DNA of 64,000 nucleotides, taken from Malacoraja senta. Taxonomy: Eukaryota. Below are positions 13,926 to 27,880 of the stretch, one piece after another (position 1 is the first letter of the stretch; each line of letters opens with the position of its first letter). Below the pieces are notes generated by a model. That model was not told where the DNA came from. It did not search any database and saw only the letters and a program-made list of their open reading frames with translations. The position numbers were made by a program, and so were the translations under genes. Location: NCBI GenBank assembly GCA_038087875.1, contig CM075990.1:7752001-7816000 (forward strand), written 5' to 3'.

Positions 13926-16509
13926 TGCTTGCTATAACTTCCTGGGATCTTTATGTCTCAATTTATAACACCAAGAGGTCCCATCACTTTATAAACTGAC
14001 CCAGCACCTTCAAAGGTTTGAGCACACACTCACTGGTCTCAGTTTCTGCTGTCCCATGTAGAATTGTACTGTTCTATCTCGTGGTGTCTCACCTACCGTC
14101 ACACACTGGTCCACACTTCACCACGTTAAAATTCACCGCCCATTCAAGCACCACTCCCTGATCACTATCACAGAGTCTTACAGCACAGAGACAGGCCCTT
14201 CGGCCCACCAGCCATCAAGTACCTATCCACGCTAATCCATAGTGCCTTTGGTCCATCGGTCTACTATTCCTCAGTATCCTCCTCATCCTTTACCACACTT
14301 CCAAGATTTGGTTCATCTGCAGATTTAGCAACGCTTATTCTGCTCTCCCAAATCTTAAAGATGAATATGAATACCAGGAAAATCAATGGTTCTGGTGCCA
14401 ATCCTGAGAATTTGGCCTTGCACATGTCTCCAGACGGAGAAACAAATGGCCATCAAGGCTCCTTGGTTCCTTTCCCAAGGCCAAAGTTATATTCATGCTC
14501 CTTTAGCTTTAGGGGTTTAGCTTTGCTAACGAGTGTTTTGTGAGGCACGTGATCAGACCATCTGGAACTTCAAATACATGAACAGGTACATTGGATATGA
14601 AAGATTTCGGGGGATATGGGCCAAACGCAGGCAGGTGGGACTGGTGTAGATGGGACATCTTACTTGGCATGGGCGTTGGGCCAAAGGGCCTGTTCCTGTG
14701 CAGTCTGACTCTATGACCCCATGACCCCACACCGCAGATCGGGCCTATGTGATGTTTCTCTGTGACCAGCCCAACAAAGACAGTTGGGATTTGCCCATCA
14801 CCTATCGCTGCCTCCTCTCTTTCACTAGGTTTTGCTTGCCCAGTGGCAATTAACCTGTACTGTTGGTAGCTTCCTCTCACCGATTTAAAACCGGCCTGTA
14901 ATTCCTAGATTTATCACTGCTCCTCCTAAAGAACAAGCGGTTTGCATTCGCAATCCTTCATGTGAAAGGAAATGCAAAATAACATTTTGTGCCTCAGCTA
15001 TTTCTCTGCTCCCTCGGATAGATCAGAATTTTAGTTCTATTCAGCTAACAAGTATCTGATAAGCCTTTTATTGATAGTGCTCTCACATATTCAAATTCCC
15101 TTTTATGCAAGCTGCTAATTTATTCCAACACTGACTCTTTGCTTCTCAAAGTTCTTTTCTCGTCCTTACCATGTGATACTTTTGTTGACCCCTGCTTTTT
15201 TTTCTTACATTCCTGAGCTGACAGAACGCTTTGTCATCCAGATACCCCTGAATCATAGAGACATCCAGCACAGAAATAGGCCTTTCGGCCCACCACATCG
15301 GCACCAATTGTCAAGCATCCATTTCCATCAATCCCATTTTACGCTCCGCAGAAAACAATCAACTCCCTACAGATTCTCCCACTCACTCTGACGCCAGGGA
15401 ACATTTCCAGTGGCCAATTAACCTACTAACCCAATGGTTATTGGGATGTAGGAGGTAAACAGAGCATGTGGTGGAAGCCCACGTGATCACAGGGAGAACA
15501 TGAAAATCCCATCCAGACAATATCGAACCTGGGTCACTGGGGCTGTAAGGTAGCATCCCGATCAGTTGCACCATTGTGATGCCAATTAGGGTTGCTCCTG
15601 CCATCATCTACCTGTCCACTTCTTCTCTGGACATTTTCCCCTTTGTTCACGGCCAGTCTTTAACCCTGATTTTCCGAAATCAAATCCTTATCGTAATTGG
15701 GAATTTCATTCTCAGTCATTCCATATCTTCATCCAGAAAATAAATCACTTCCAATAATACATCAACCACGCGTGTCATTGTCCACTGTGCTGTCTAAGAC
15801 CAGATCTACAAATTGCCTCCTCCATCAACAGGGGAAAACACATCCACCAATCTAGACAATGGATGAACATGCCCTTCGGCCCATCAGATCTGTACTAACC
15901 AGCAAGCATCTCTTTACATTGATCCCATGCTATTCTCCCCTCAATCGTATTCCATGTTTAAGCAGGATAGAGCTCCTTCTACACAGCCCCCGTTTAATGT
16001 CCCCAGCAACAGTACAGCACAGGTTAAATATTGATTATAGCTTCCTCTATAATCAGAGTTGCTCCGTTCAACTCTCTGAGTAGCCGTGCTCTCTCATTCT
16101 TCCTGCACTTGATTACACTGCTCACGCCTTGTCCCTCCAGGACATTGATTCACCTCCCATCCTGGCCTTGGAATTCTCCCAAAGCCCAGTTCCTCACTTT
16201 TAACCCGCAGGGCAACACTCCAGCAAAAATCATTTTAGTTTTTCATTTTCATGAATTCCGTTTGTAGGTGTGTGCATTTCATCAAAGGCCTGGCGTGGCT
16301 GCGATTTGGGTTTGAACTGATCGAGTCCGTTCACTGAATCCATCAGCCACCATGTGAATCGCATGGGTTCTCAGCGCACCGGGAATGGGAATGGTCCCTG
16401 AGGAGGGGGGGCGGGGTGCATGTGGTGCAATTGTGCCAATTGAAGCAAAACTCTGCAAGAAGCACAAGATGAAAGTGCAGGTCAAAGAAATCATCCAATC
16501 GATTAAAAT

Positions 16510-17158
16510 ACATACATACGCACACACAGTCACCCACATGCACGTACATACACACACCTACACACATACACACATGTACTCACCCACATGCACATACATG
16601 CACACCCATACACACACATACACACATGTACTCACCCACACGCACATACATACACACACCTACACACATACACATATGTACTCATCCACACGCACATACA
16701 TACACACCTATACACACACACATGCACAAGCATGCACAAACACACACTTACACAGCATACACACACACACACAAAAAAACATGCATACATGTGCATGCAC
16801 ACATACGCATACACACAAACACATGCACACATATGCACACACACATGCACATACACACACATGCACGCACACACACATTTACACACACAAACACATGCGC
16901 ACGCGGACATGCACAAACGAGCACCTGCAAATACAGACACACATACCATACATGTAGAGGCACTTGCACAAACATGCACACATGAATGCATGCATGTTGC
17001 CACACATGCATGAAACATATCACTACATATACACACATGAAAACACGAATACCTCCATAGATAACATACATACATACATGCACACACACACACAATTAGC
17101 GTGAACACACATGAATAAATGCACACACAGAAAAGTGCACAAACACACACACGCATGT

Positions 17159-17190
<32 letters not shown>
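16510..17190. repeat. Degenerate (CA)n/CATA microsatellite upstream of the TM exon
   Basis: Direct inspection. Confidence 0.9.
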
Positions 17191-17193
<3 letters not shown>

Positions 17194-17357
17194 TATGAAA
17201 CCAGACCACAGATATGCAGACGTGTGGCCACACAAATCACCATGGTAATGAGAATGCTTCTGAAAGCAAGGGTATATATAGATGTGCTTGGTCACGAGGG
17301 TACTCCCAGGCGAGTGTGACAAATGGTGATTTTCTCTGCCTGTGTTTCTGTCCACAG

Positions 17358-17460
17358 AGAGTGAGGATCTGTACCAGCGCCAGATCATGTCAATAACCTG
17401 CATCACAATCGGACTGACAGTGGTCGGGATGCTTTGCGTGGTTCTTTACTTCAAAACAAA
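17358..17460 (+). CDS. NRG3: NRG3-like transmembrane exon (E)SEDLYQRQIMSITCITIGLTVVGMLCVVLYFKT(K)
   Basis: Acceptor tgtttctgtccacag|AG, donor AA|gtaagt, 103 nt. Neuregulin YQRQ/YQKR motif followed by a hydrophobic TM helix and basic stop-transfer residues. Confidence 0.95.
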
Positions 17461-19469
17461 GTAAGTCCATTCCCGGTGGATGTGTGGCACGTCAACCTTG
17501 TGTGGAAGTCCCCAGACATTCCGTCAGCTCCACCAGTTTGCGTCCACCGCGTCCAATTTACCTTGATCAGTCCGCTCCCGTGGTAATGCTTGTGCTGTCT
17601 GCTTGCTCAGCAGGGAGCCCTCTCACGGCCTCGGTCCCAGGTTGTGAGTTCAAGTCCCACGCTGCGATCATGAGATTAGGTCCCGGGCCAGTATACCCTG
17701 TGCAATACCGAGGGACTAGCGTTGTGTGAGGTGGGAATCGCAAGATAACACCGCAAGGTTGAGGTAGAGAGGGAGCGCTCTACTGTCAGAGGGTTGGTCC
17801 TGAAGGGCGACTGAACTACTAAAGAGCCAGATTTGACCCACAAAGCCCTGACGCCCACAGGTCCTAGACACAGGGGAAGGTGTCCCTCAGTGGGGCTGTG
17901 AGCACCACAGGCATTGACTCTCACTGGGGTACAAGTTCCCTGGACATTGACTGTCCATTGACTGTGGGCTGGCTGCCTCTGGCTACTCAACCCAACATGA
18001 ATCCCAGCTCGACAGACAGCCTCCCCGATGTACAGCCTCACACTGATCAATGAACATTGAATGGAGCAGCGCAGGAAAAGGCCCTTCGGCCCATAATGTC
18101 TGTGCCGACCACAATGACAAGATAATCCAATCTCACCGGCCTTCACATCATCCATATCCCTCCATTCCCTGCACATCCTTGTGCCGATCTAAAAGCCTCT
18201 TCAACGCCACTATCGTACCTGGCTTCACCACCACCCTGACAGTGTGTTCCAGACACCCACTACTTTCTGTGTAAATAACTTGCCCCACTCTCTCCATTCA
18301 TCTGTTCACTGCCAAGTTTGTTTCCTCTCTTGGCCATGACCTTATGTTGAGGCTGGGACTATCCTAACGTTGAAGAAACAGTTAGACAGGTACCTGTACA
18401 TGGATAGAGCAGGTTTGGAGGCATATGGACCAAATGTAGGCAGGTGGGACTAGTGTAGCTGGGACATGTTGGCCGGTGTGGGCGTTGGGCCGAAGGGCCT
18501 GTTTCCGCACTGTATCACTCTGACTCTATGACCTGAGTATACTCGGGGGTGGCAGTGAACGGGTTAAACTTTGCCCCTCTCATCTGAAAGCTATGCCCTG
18601 AAGCCTTGGACATTTCCACACTGGTTCTGACTGTCTACCCTATCTGCACCCCATCCTATTTTCTATCAGGAAACTACTGAGACTACGAATTTCCTCAGTA
18701 ATCCAGGCACTATCTCATTGTAGCATCTCCCCGTGTGGCTGAGCCACGAGATATTCATACATGTCCTGCTCCATCCAGTCCCTCTGCTTCAGCCCGGCAC
18801 GGGATCAGTCCGAGGCGTAATTAATTTTAAATGCCCTGCCCATTTATTTGATGAACAATCAGATGGAAGGCAGCGTCCTCCTGAGATCGCAGCTCTAACA
18901 AACTCATTTCTGACCAGGCCATTCATCGAAGGCGCTGTCATAACCAGTTTTCCAGTCGGATGCAATAACAGGGAGAGAGATAATTACATTTAATTAAAAC
19001 ATTGGCATGCAGGTTCCCACCGTAGTAAAACTACTCATTGAAACGAGAAGCGACGACACTCTCAGGCGCGGTGATATTTTCATACCGATTTGCTCGGTAC
19101 GGGCGATGATAAAATTGAGTGGTCACGTCCAAGGCATCTTCACCCTGGGGACTGATGGAGTAGGGACCATGGTACACAGAGTGCAGGAGTCCACAGCCCA
19201 GCACGAAGCTGGTCACAGTGGCAACGTCGTTAATAGATTCTGATCTATCGTCTTGTCAGGAGAACTGGTGATCAGAAAATATTGCCAAGCAAATCTGAAC
19301 AGATGCTGCTGACTGAGTAAGAAAATGCAGATGAGATCAGAGCTGACCCATTATCCCTGTCCATTTGTTCTCCACTCTGGTTGGCGATCCAAGCACGGAG
19401 ATTAATCCAGTCTCCTCCATCCGTGGGGTTCAGTAATCACCACATCTTGGAATTGGGAAAATCTCTACA

Positions 19470-20013
19470 TAGAGTCATAGAGTGATGCAGTGTGGAAACA
19501 GGCCCTTCGGCCCAGCTTGCCCACACCAGCCAACATAGCCTAGCTACACTAGTCCCACCTGCCTGCATTTGGTCCGTATCCCTCCAAACCTGTCCTATCC
19601 ATGTACCTGTCTAACTGTTTCTTAACTGTTGGGATAGTCCCTGCCTCAATTACCTCCGCTGGCAGCTCGTTCCCTACTCTCACCACCCTTTGTGTGAAAA
19701 AGTTACCCTTCAGCTTCTTATTAAAACTTTTCCCCTTCACCTTAAAACTATGTCCTCTGGTCCTCGATTCCCCCACCCTGGGCAGGAGATTCTGTGCATC
19801 TACCCGATTTATTCATCTCATGATTTGATACACCTCTATAAGATCACCCCTCATCCTCCTGCTCTCCAAGGAATAGAGACCCAGCCTACTCAACCTCCCC
19901 CTATAGCTCACACCCTCTAGTCCTGGCAACATCCTCGTAAATCTTCTCTGAACCTTTTCAAGCTTGACAATATCTTTCCCATAACACGGTGCCCAGAACT
20001 GAACACAATATTC
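19470..20013 (-). mobile_element. CR1-type LINE 3' end
   Basis: EYCVQFWAPCYGKDIVKLEKVQRRFTRMLPGL...; FFTQRVV... Confidence 0.9.
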
Positions 20014-21974
20014 CATCTCTAGGAAGCAATCCGATCTGCTCCGCCCCTGGAGATTTGTGCGGTTACTTCAATCCATGAAGATGTTGCCAGCCTCCTTCAT
20101 CCCTGGGAATCAACCTGCACCATTCCATGGGAATTTTGCACTCCCCTCCATCCCATGGGTTTCGTTGCAGTGTTGATGAAGGCAGGAAAGGGGTACTGAT
20201 TGGGGATGATCAGCCATGATCACATTGAATGGCGGTGCTGGCTCGAAGTACCAAATGGCCTACTCCTGCACCTATTGTCTATTGTCTATTGTCTATTGTC
20301 TATTGATGCGGCTGAATCAGAAAGCCTGTAGCCGCACGGAACTGCAGATTCTGATTTCCAAAATCACGTGGAGTGACAGAGTAACTCAGCAAGTCAGGAA
20401 ACTCTGTGGAGAACATGGAGAGGTGGCGTTTCGGGTCCCGTCCCGACTGTAAGTATCATCCATCCATGTTCGCCAGAGCTGCTTGCCTGACCTACTGAGT
20501 TACTCCAACACGTTGAGTCAGAAGCTCTCCCCATTACTGTTTGCAGGCCATTGTTTCCTGGCCACTAGTGTTCCAATGTACCTTCAGCGTGTGGTCACCA
20601 TCTGCTTCCATCGTGTGAACTCCTGCCTCTGTCTCTCTGCCTGCCATCCTCTTGCCATTGTTTGCCCAGCACCATGTCCTTGTGGTGTCCTCTCTGACCA
20701 AACAGATCAGTGCTTCATTCCCTGATGCCCCACCTCTTTTCCATTAGTGCTTCATTCCCTGGGTCTATGAAATGAGCTGCCAGAAGAGGCAGATACTCAC
20801 ACAGCAGTTAGACGTGGAAATGGATAGGAAAGGTTTAGAAGGATATGGGCCAAATGCGGGCAAATGGGACTATCTTAGGTAGGGCATCTTGGTCGGCACG
20901 GACAAGTTGGGCTGAAAGGCCTGTTTTTGTGCTGGGTAAACCACTAACCCCAGTGGGAAGCCCTGACATGGCTTGGATAGAGTGGATGTGGAGAGGATGT
21001 TTCCACTAGTGGGAGAGTCTGGGACCAGATGCCACAGCCTCAGAATAAAATGACGTACCTTTAGAAAGGAGGTGAGAAGGAGTTTCATTGGTGAATCTGT
21101 GGAGTTCATTGCCACAGACGAATATCCATTGACCTGTGGAGATCCAAGGATATTTTTAAAGTGGAGATTGACAGATTCTTGATTAGTTAGGGTGTCAGGG
21201 GTCATGGGGAGAAGGCAGGAGAATGGGGTTAAGAGGGAAAGACAGATCAGCCAAGATTGAATGGTGGAGTAGACTTGATTGGTCGAATGGCCTAATTCTG
21301 CTCCTAGGACTTATGAACTTATGATATAGACCCAGAGGCAAGGGAGCTGGAACTGAGGTGGGGCTTGGACAAGGTGAGCCAAGGGCCCTGTTTCCCCGGT
21401 ATGTGACTCTACCACTGCACGACTGTATCTCTCCTCAGATCATCTATCCACCCACATCCGTTATGTTGAGTGGAAACATTCAAGAGATGGATCAAAGGCT
21501 TAGATTAAGGTTACCAGACGTGTTATTTCCAACCACTGTACTTTCATCAGTCACAGCATCAGCTGAATTGTTTTTGATTCCTTTTTCGCCGGCAGAGGTG
21601 TCATTTTGTGCGTCTTTCATCAGCAATCACTCTACCATGAGCTGAGGGTCCCCCCAACCACAGACCCAAGCCAGGCGGAACCTGCAGCAAAGCGTTTTTT
21701 GTTACAGCTCATGATACAAATCACAGGCATGCGATTGTACTGCTCGGTTGCTAGGAGCAACATCCTTGAGATCGCTCCCACTCTCCACGGCAATCCTAAA
21801 GCCTTGGCAATCTGGCAGGCACAGCCCTGGTGACACTCATCGCTTGTGGTGCCAGGCCTGTGGGCAAGGCTGCTTCAGGGTGGGACTGATCTCAAGCCAT
21901 GCTATTGAGGAGGCATAGACACTTCCCACCCAGTGTGTAGAGCGCTCCAGGATGAATAAGAATTACATTTGCAT

Positions 21975-22292
21975 TTTAGTTTAGTTTAGTTTAGAGAAAC
22001 AGCGCGTAAACAGGCCCTTCGTCCCTCCGAGTCCGCACCGACCAGCAATCCCCGCACATTAGCACTACCCTACGGACACGAGGGACAATCTTTTACATTG
22101 ATACCAAGCCAATTAACCTACAAACCTGTACGTCTTTGGTGTGTGGGAGGAAACTGAAGATCTTGGAGAACCCACGCAGGTCACGAGGAGAATGTACATA
22201 CTCCGTGCATACAGCACCCGTGGTCAGGATTGAACCTGGGTCTCCGGGCGCTGTAAGGCAGTAGTTCTACCGCTGCGCCAACGTGCCACCCG
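21975..22292 (-). mobile_element. V-SINE/HE1-type SINE, near full length
   Basis: Reverse complement of tRNA-like head, V-domain and (CTAAA)n tail. Confidence 0.85.
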
Positions 22293-22820
22293 GTGAATTT
22301 TTCCCGGCCCTTTCTCGGGGTATGTTGCATTTTGGAGTGTGGTCACTCATATTATTGAGCCGAGCAGAGCAGAGCAGATTGGTACATTTAATCTGGGACT
22401 ATTCAAAATCTCCCAGGATTTTGCCCCCTTCAGTTTAAATCATATTCACAACTGCTATTCTCACATCTCCCAGCCACTGTAAGAGGTTTCTCATGCATTT
22501 TTTATTTGCCTGATCTCAAGACCAGCAACATTTTGTTTAGTTCAGAGTTATAAAATGGAAATAAATGTTCTTGTGTAGGAAGGAACTGCAGATGCTGGTT
22601 TCAACTGGAGATAGAGATAAAAAGCTGGCGTAACTCAGCGGGACAGGCAACACCTCTGGAGAGAAGGACTGGCTGACGTTTCGGGTCGAGTCTTTTCTTG
22701 TTGGAGTCAGATTGCTGGTATTGCGAAGGGTGGGGAAATCTGGCGGCTACAGAATGTTGGTAGAGCAGTGAGGGATCGGCACTAACTGTGGTACCACCAC
22801 ACCAGCCGTATTTGAACCAG

Positions 22821-23120
22821 GGGCGGCACGGTGGCGCAGCGGTAGAGTTGCTGCCTCACAGCGCCAGAGACCCGGGTGCGATCCTGACTACGGGTGCTGC
22901 CTGTACGGAGTTTGTACGTTCTCCCCGTGACCTGCGTGGGTTTTCTCCAGCTGCTCCGGTTTCCTCTGACATTCCAAAGACTTGCAGGTTTGTGGGTTAA
23001 TTGTCCCTAGTGTGCAGGATAGTATTAGTGTGGGGGGTGATCACTGGTCCGCACGGACTCAGTGGGCCGAAGGGCCTGTTTCCACCTTGTACTTCTAGAA
23101 ACTCTAAAGTCTAAAATCTA
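22821..23120 (+). mobile_element. V-SINE/HE1-type SINE, full length
   Basis: GGGCGGCACGGTGGCGCAGCGGTAGAG (A box) ...GGGTGCGATCC (B box-like), V-domain, CR1-like tail. Confidence 0.9.
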
Positions 23121-23573
23121 TTCATTTTCCAAGTGATCTGATAACTTTCTAGATCACAATGCAAAACTGCCGAGAGCGATTTTAATGGGGCAACGCTGGC
23201 CATGAAGGGAAGGCGCCATCTTACATACCGTGTGTTTCACTTGTGCACCATGGTGCAGCAGATGTGGTGACTGTCTCCCTTTCACCCAGTGTGGGTGTGC
23301 AGTGCATGTAGCAATCATAAGTTCATAAGTGATAGGTGCACCATTCGGCCCATCAAGTCTACTCCCCCATTCATTCATGGCTGATCTATCTCTCCCTGCT
23401 CACCTCATTCTCCTGCCTTCTCCCCATAACTCCGGATGCACGTCCTAATCAAGAATCAATCTATCTCGGCCTTAAATACATCCATTGACTTGGCCTCCAC
23501 GGCCTTCAGTGGCACAGCTCACGGGCTAACTGCTGAGGTTTGCAGGGCGTGAAAATGCTCTCTGTTTCACCAG

Positions 23574-23697
23574 AAAACAAAGACAGAAGTTGCGAGATCA
23601 AGGCAAGGAGATTCGCTTTGCAAAGAGCTACAGTCTGAACGCCGGGGACGTGAATGGACCAGTCAGTCCTCATCAGAGCGTCCTGCCTCTGGAGAAG
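23574..23697 (+). CDS. NRG3: NRG3-like cytoplasmic exon KQRQKLRDQGKEIRFAKSYSLNAG...PLEK
   Basis: Acceptor tctgtttcaccag, donor AAG|gtgagc. Starts in phase 2 and ends in phase 0. KQ...KSYSL resembles NRG3 KQAKQIQEQLK...GKSYSLKAS. Confidence 0.88.
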
Positions 23698-23885
23698 GTG
23701 AGCAGCTGCCAGCTGGGAACGAGGGCTCCTTTGGAAGTGACTGCATCAAATAGACTCTGTTACCACTACACCGCATCTTCTGACGGGTAACATTGCAGTC
23801 TTCGATATCAATTGATATTTGCACTCAATATCAAATTCTCTGACCTCTGCTAACTCAACCAGCCACAAACAGGTCTATTAACCAA

Positions 23886-24178
23886 GTGGTAGAGTTGCTT
23901 TCTCACAGAGCCAGAGACCCGGGTTCGATCCTGACTACGGGTGCTGTCTGTATGGAGTTTGTACGTTCTCCCCGTGACCACGTGAGTTTTCTCCAGGATC
24001 TCTGGTTTCCCTCCACACTCCAAAGGCGTACAGGTTTGTAGGTTAATTGGCTTGGCATAATTGTAAATTGCCCCTAGTGTGTGTAGGATAGTGTTAGTGC
24101 GTGGGGATCGCTGGTCAGCGCGGATTCGGAGGGCCGAAGGCCCTGTTTCCGCGCTGTATCTCTAAAGTAAACTAAACT
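23886..24178 (+). mobile_element. V-SINE/HE1-type SINE
   Basis: GGTTCGATCC B box, V-domain, tail. Confidence 0.85.
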
Positions 24179-24644
24179 GGCCTAGTCTGAAGAAGGGTCA
24201 CAACCATAAACGTGGCCCATTCTTTTTCTCCAGAGATACTGCCTGACTCGCTGAGTTAATCCAGCACTTTGTGTCTATCTTTGTCCTTTTATTGTAAATT
24301 ATCTGCGATGTTGGCTCAGTTAATTTTATGTGTAGACTGATCTGTTATCGACACGCTAGACCTCTTTATCACTCTTTAAATGCCAAATTAATGTCATCCC
24401 TCTATCAATCGTTGCCTCACCCTTTCAGAGAAATTACTTTTGTTCCACCCCTTCCCCTCCCCGACCTTTTGCTATTTAAAACTAACTTGGTTCCTCTCTT
24501 TCACAGTTCTGAACAAGGATCATCAACCTGAAACATTAACTTTGTTTCTCTTGCTGCAGATTCTGCCTGATCTCCTGAGCGTTTTCCACCACTTTCTATT
24601 CTTGTTTCCAATATCCAGCATCAGCATTTCTTTTGTTTTCAGTG

Positions 24645-24965
24645 TAGTTTGGTTTAGTTTAGAGATACAGCGCAGAAACAGGCGCTTTGGCCCACCGAGT
24701 CCACGCCGACCAGCGATCCCCGCACATTAACACTATCCCACACACGCTAGGGACAATTTGCACTTATAACAAGCCAGTTAACCTACAACCCTGTACATCT
24801 TTGGAGTGTGGGAGGAAACCGAAGATCTCGGAGAAAACCCACGCAGTCACGGGGAGAACGTACAAACTCCGTGCAGGCAGCGCCCGTAGTCGGGATCGAA
24901 CCCTGGTCTCTGGCGCTGCAAGCGCTGTAAACAGCAACTCTACCGCTGCACCACCTTGCTGCCCT
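24645..24965 (-). mobile_element. V-SINE/HE1-type SINE, full length
   Basis: Reverse complement of the same consensus. Confidence 0.85.
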
Positions 24966-25650
24966 TTGACTTTCATTTTTTAATTATTAATGACTGGGCA
25001 ATGAGATGTATCAGAAGCCATACACCTTGTGAACGGATACCGCCACATTTCATATCTCCTGACCTCCTGGGATTAGGTTGCATTCTCAATGAGTGAAAGA
25101 TACCAACATGGACGCAGGCCCCTTTGGCCCACCGAGTCCACACTGACATCCCACTCTTGCATCCACTCCCTACACACTGGGGGGCAATTCATCTACAAAC
25201 CCGCACGTCTCTGGCATGTGGTCGGAAACCGGAGCACCCGGAGGAAACTGACACGGTCACAGGGAGAACGTGCAAACTCCACTCAGACAGCACCTGAGGT
25301 CAGGATCGAACCCGGGACTCTGGTGCTGTGAGGCATGCGGTTCTACCAGCTGTGCCACACTAACATTAATTTATTGAATATTATTTTGTTTATTATATGT
25401 TATCTATGAGTATTGTGGTGACAAGCCTATTGTGCTGCTGCAAGTGGGAATGTTATTGTTCGGATAATATGACAATGAAACACTTTTGACTCTCTCTTGA
25501 CTCTAGCGAGGTACTAGGAGTGCAGGAAGAACTCTTGACTCTTGTCATTAGTAAGAGGACAGACTCAGCTCCTTGGTGATGCTAACTGTGGGGTCCTGAG
25601 ACAACGCCAGCATCTCCCTAACCCTGAGCTGATGTTCCTGTGTTTTACAG

Positions 25651-25775
25651 TACACCAAGCCAGGCACCAACATAGGGGAAGAACGGCGGAAAGTTCTGGA
25701 ATCGCAGTTCTTGGCTGCTGGATTGTCCCCAGCCAAATCCTCGCCATCGCCAAAACCATTGGGGAAACCGCACAG
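25651..25775 (+). CDS. NRG3: NRG3-like cytoplasmic exon YTKPGTNIGEERRKVLESQF...GKPH(R)
   Basis: Acceptor ttcctgtgttttacag, donor AG|gtaaat. Starts in phase 0 and ends in phase 2. YTK..KVLESQF..KPHR parallels NRG3 YSK..KMMESSF..KHHR. Confidence 0.85.
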
Positions 25776-27078
25776 GTAAATACACATTGAAAACATGCCG
25801 AACAAATTCAACTCAACTCATTACTCTTCAGGAAAGAGCGGGAAAGTAATCTGTTGATCAACATGGATCTAAAAAAAGGGATTCCGCATTCATTACAAAA
25901 TGTCTCCAAAGCCGAATACCTCCACTGTGACTCCAAGCCCTCTGACAACCAAGAAAGGCCTTCTGAAAATCCAAACATCACCACATCCACTAGTCCTCCA
26001 TTATCTATTCAACCTCTCACAACCTCACAAAACAAGGTTGTGGGGAGAAGGGTGGGGTTCAGAGGAAAAGATAGATCACCCGTGACTGAATGGCAGAGTA
26101 GACTTGATGGGCTGAATGGCCTACTTCTGCTCCTATGACATGAAATCAACTTATCAACAATATGTTTGTAAGAACACAATGCCCTTCCATAAATCCTCGT
26201 TAACTTTGTCCGATATTTCTTACTGTAAGTATCGTGTTAATAGATCCTTTATAATGGGTGCTGGTGACCAGCCTGTATGTTCCTTTCTTTCCTTCTCTAA
26301 ACAATAGAATAACTGTACCCTGCAATCTCTAGATGTTTCCATAATCTGTAGTATATTGGAAGATGACAACCAAAGAATTAACGAATTCCATTCCTATTAG
26401 TACTTTGCAGTGCATATTATTATGTCTGACAATTTATTTACTTTCATTTCAAATAATTTCTTAAGCACTCATTTTTCAAAACTCCTATTTTTTTTTAACC
26501 AATTTCACTTTTTAATTAGACTCTTGCTGCCCGAGCATTTCTGGAAAGTTGGTTTGGGTCTTCTTCCATGCAAACAGAACCAAACTATTTGTTTCGGAAG
26601 GAACTGCAGATGCTGGTTTACACCGAAGATAGACACAAAATGCTGGAGTCTCAGCGGGACAGACAGCATCTCTGGAAGGGGGGGTGGGTGGGGGTGGGCT
26701 CTCTACCCCATCCTGAATGCTCCTTGTCCACTTTGACCAGTCACAGCGACGGGCATTCTTGGTTTCTTCAAAGGAGCTTCGAAGTTTTCCTCTGCTCCTC
26801 TGGTGATCTGCTCTCTCTGCAGAATTGGGAACAGAGGTGCCTGTTTTAGGAATCTGGTTCAACAAGGTGCCAGCCCAATGGAGACCACTAAATGGAATAT
26901 GGAATTCAACAGTGGAAGAGGACACTGATGTTGCTTCTAAAGGTGGAGGATTTAGCGACCACAATATCGGCAATGTTTTTTTCCAGTCCTTTGCCTTGCC
27001 TGCTGTACACAGTCCAAGTCTCAGAAGCATATAGGAAGGCAGGGATATTAGCTACTTGGTAAGACCATGGGTTTTTAT

Positions 27079-27880
27079 ACCACATCTGGTGGCAAAAACA
27101 GGAAAGTAGACTATTATCTGAATGGTGGCCGATTAGGAAAAGGGGAGATGCAACGAGACCTGGGTGTCATGGTACACCAGTCATTGAAAGTAGGCATGCA
27201 GGTGCAGCAGGCAGTGAAGAAAGAGAATGGTATGTTAGCATTCATAGCAAAAGGATTTGAGTATAAGAGCAGGGAGGTTCTACTGCAGTTGTACAGGGTC
27301 TTGGTGAGACCACACCTGGAGTATTGCGTACAGTTTTGGTCTCCTAATCTGAGGAAAGACATTCTTGCCATAGAGGGAGTACAGAGAAGGTTCACCAGAC
27401 TGATTCCTGGGATGGCAGGACTTTCATATGCAGAAAGACTGGATAGACTCGGCTTGTACTCGCTAGAATTTAGAAAATTGAGGGGGGGATCTTATAGAAA
27501 CTTACAAAATTCTTAAGGGGTTGGACAGGCTAGATGCAGGAAGATTATTCCCGATGTTGGGGAAGTCCAGAACAAGGGGTCACAGTTTAAGGATAAGGGG
27601 GGTGTCTCTTAGGACCGAGATGAGAAAATCATTTTTTACACAGAGAGTGGTGAATCTGTGGAATTCTCTGCCACAGAGGGTAGTTGAGGCCAGTTCATTG
27701 GCTATATTTAAGAGGGAGTTAGATGTGGCCCTTGTGGCTAAAGGGATCAGGGGGTATGGAGAGAAGGCAGGTACGGGATACTGTGTTGGATGATCAGCCA
27801 TGATCATATTTTGAATGGCGGTGCAGGCTCAAAGGGCCGAATGGCATACTCCTGCACCTATTTTCTATGTTTCTATGTGG
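27079..27880 (+). mobile_element. Young CR1-type LINE, 5'-truncated RT C-terminus
   Basis: RDLGVMVHQSLK..LYRVLVRPHLEYCVQFWSP..; the frame shifts at the G-run near 27482 (ORFs 27067-27516 and 27521-27793); tail (TTTCTATG)n. Confidence 0.92.

Noticed and set aside
17600..17830. LF-SINE-like remnant downstream of the TM exon
   Set aside because: Only a B-box-like GAGTTCAAGTCCC and patchy recalled similarity; too decayed to call without an alignment.
22821..22895. tRNA gene
   Set aside because: It has A/B boxes but continues into a V-domain and LINE tail and recurs in many decayed copies, so it is a SINE head.
27067..27793. Functional reverse transcriptase gene
   Set aside because: 5'-truncated and frameshifted CR1 fragment lacking the endonuclease and most of the RT.
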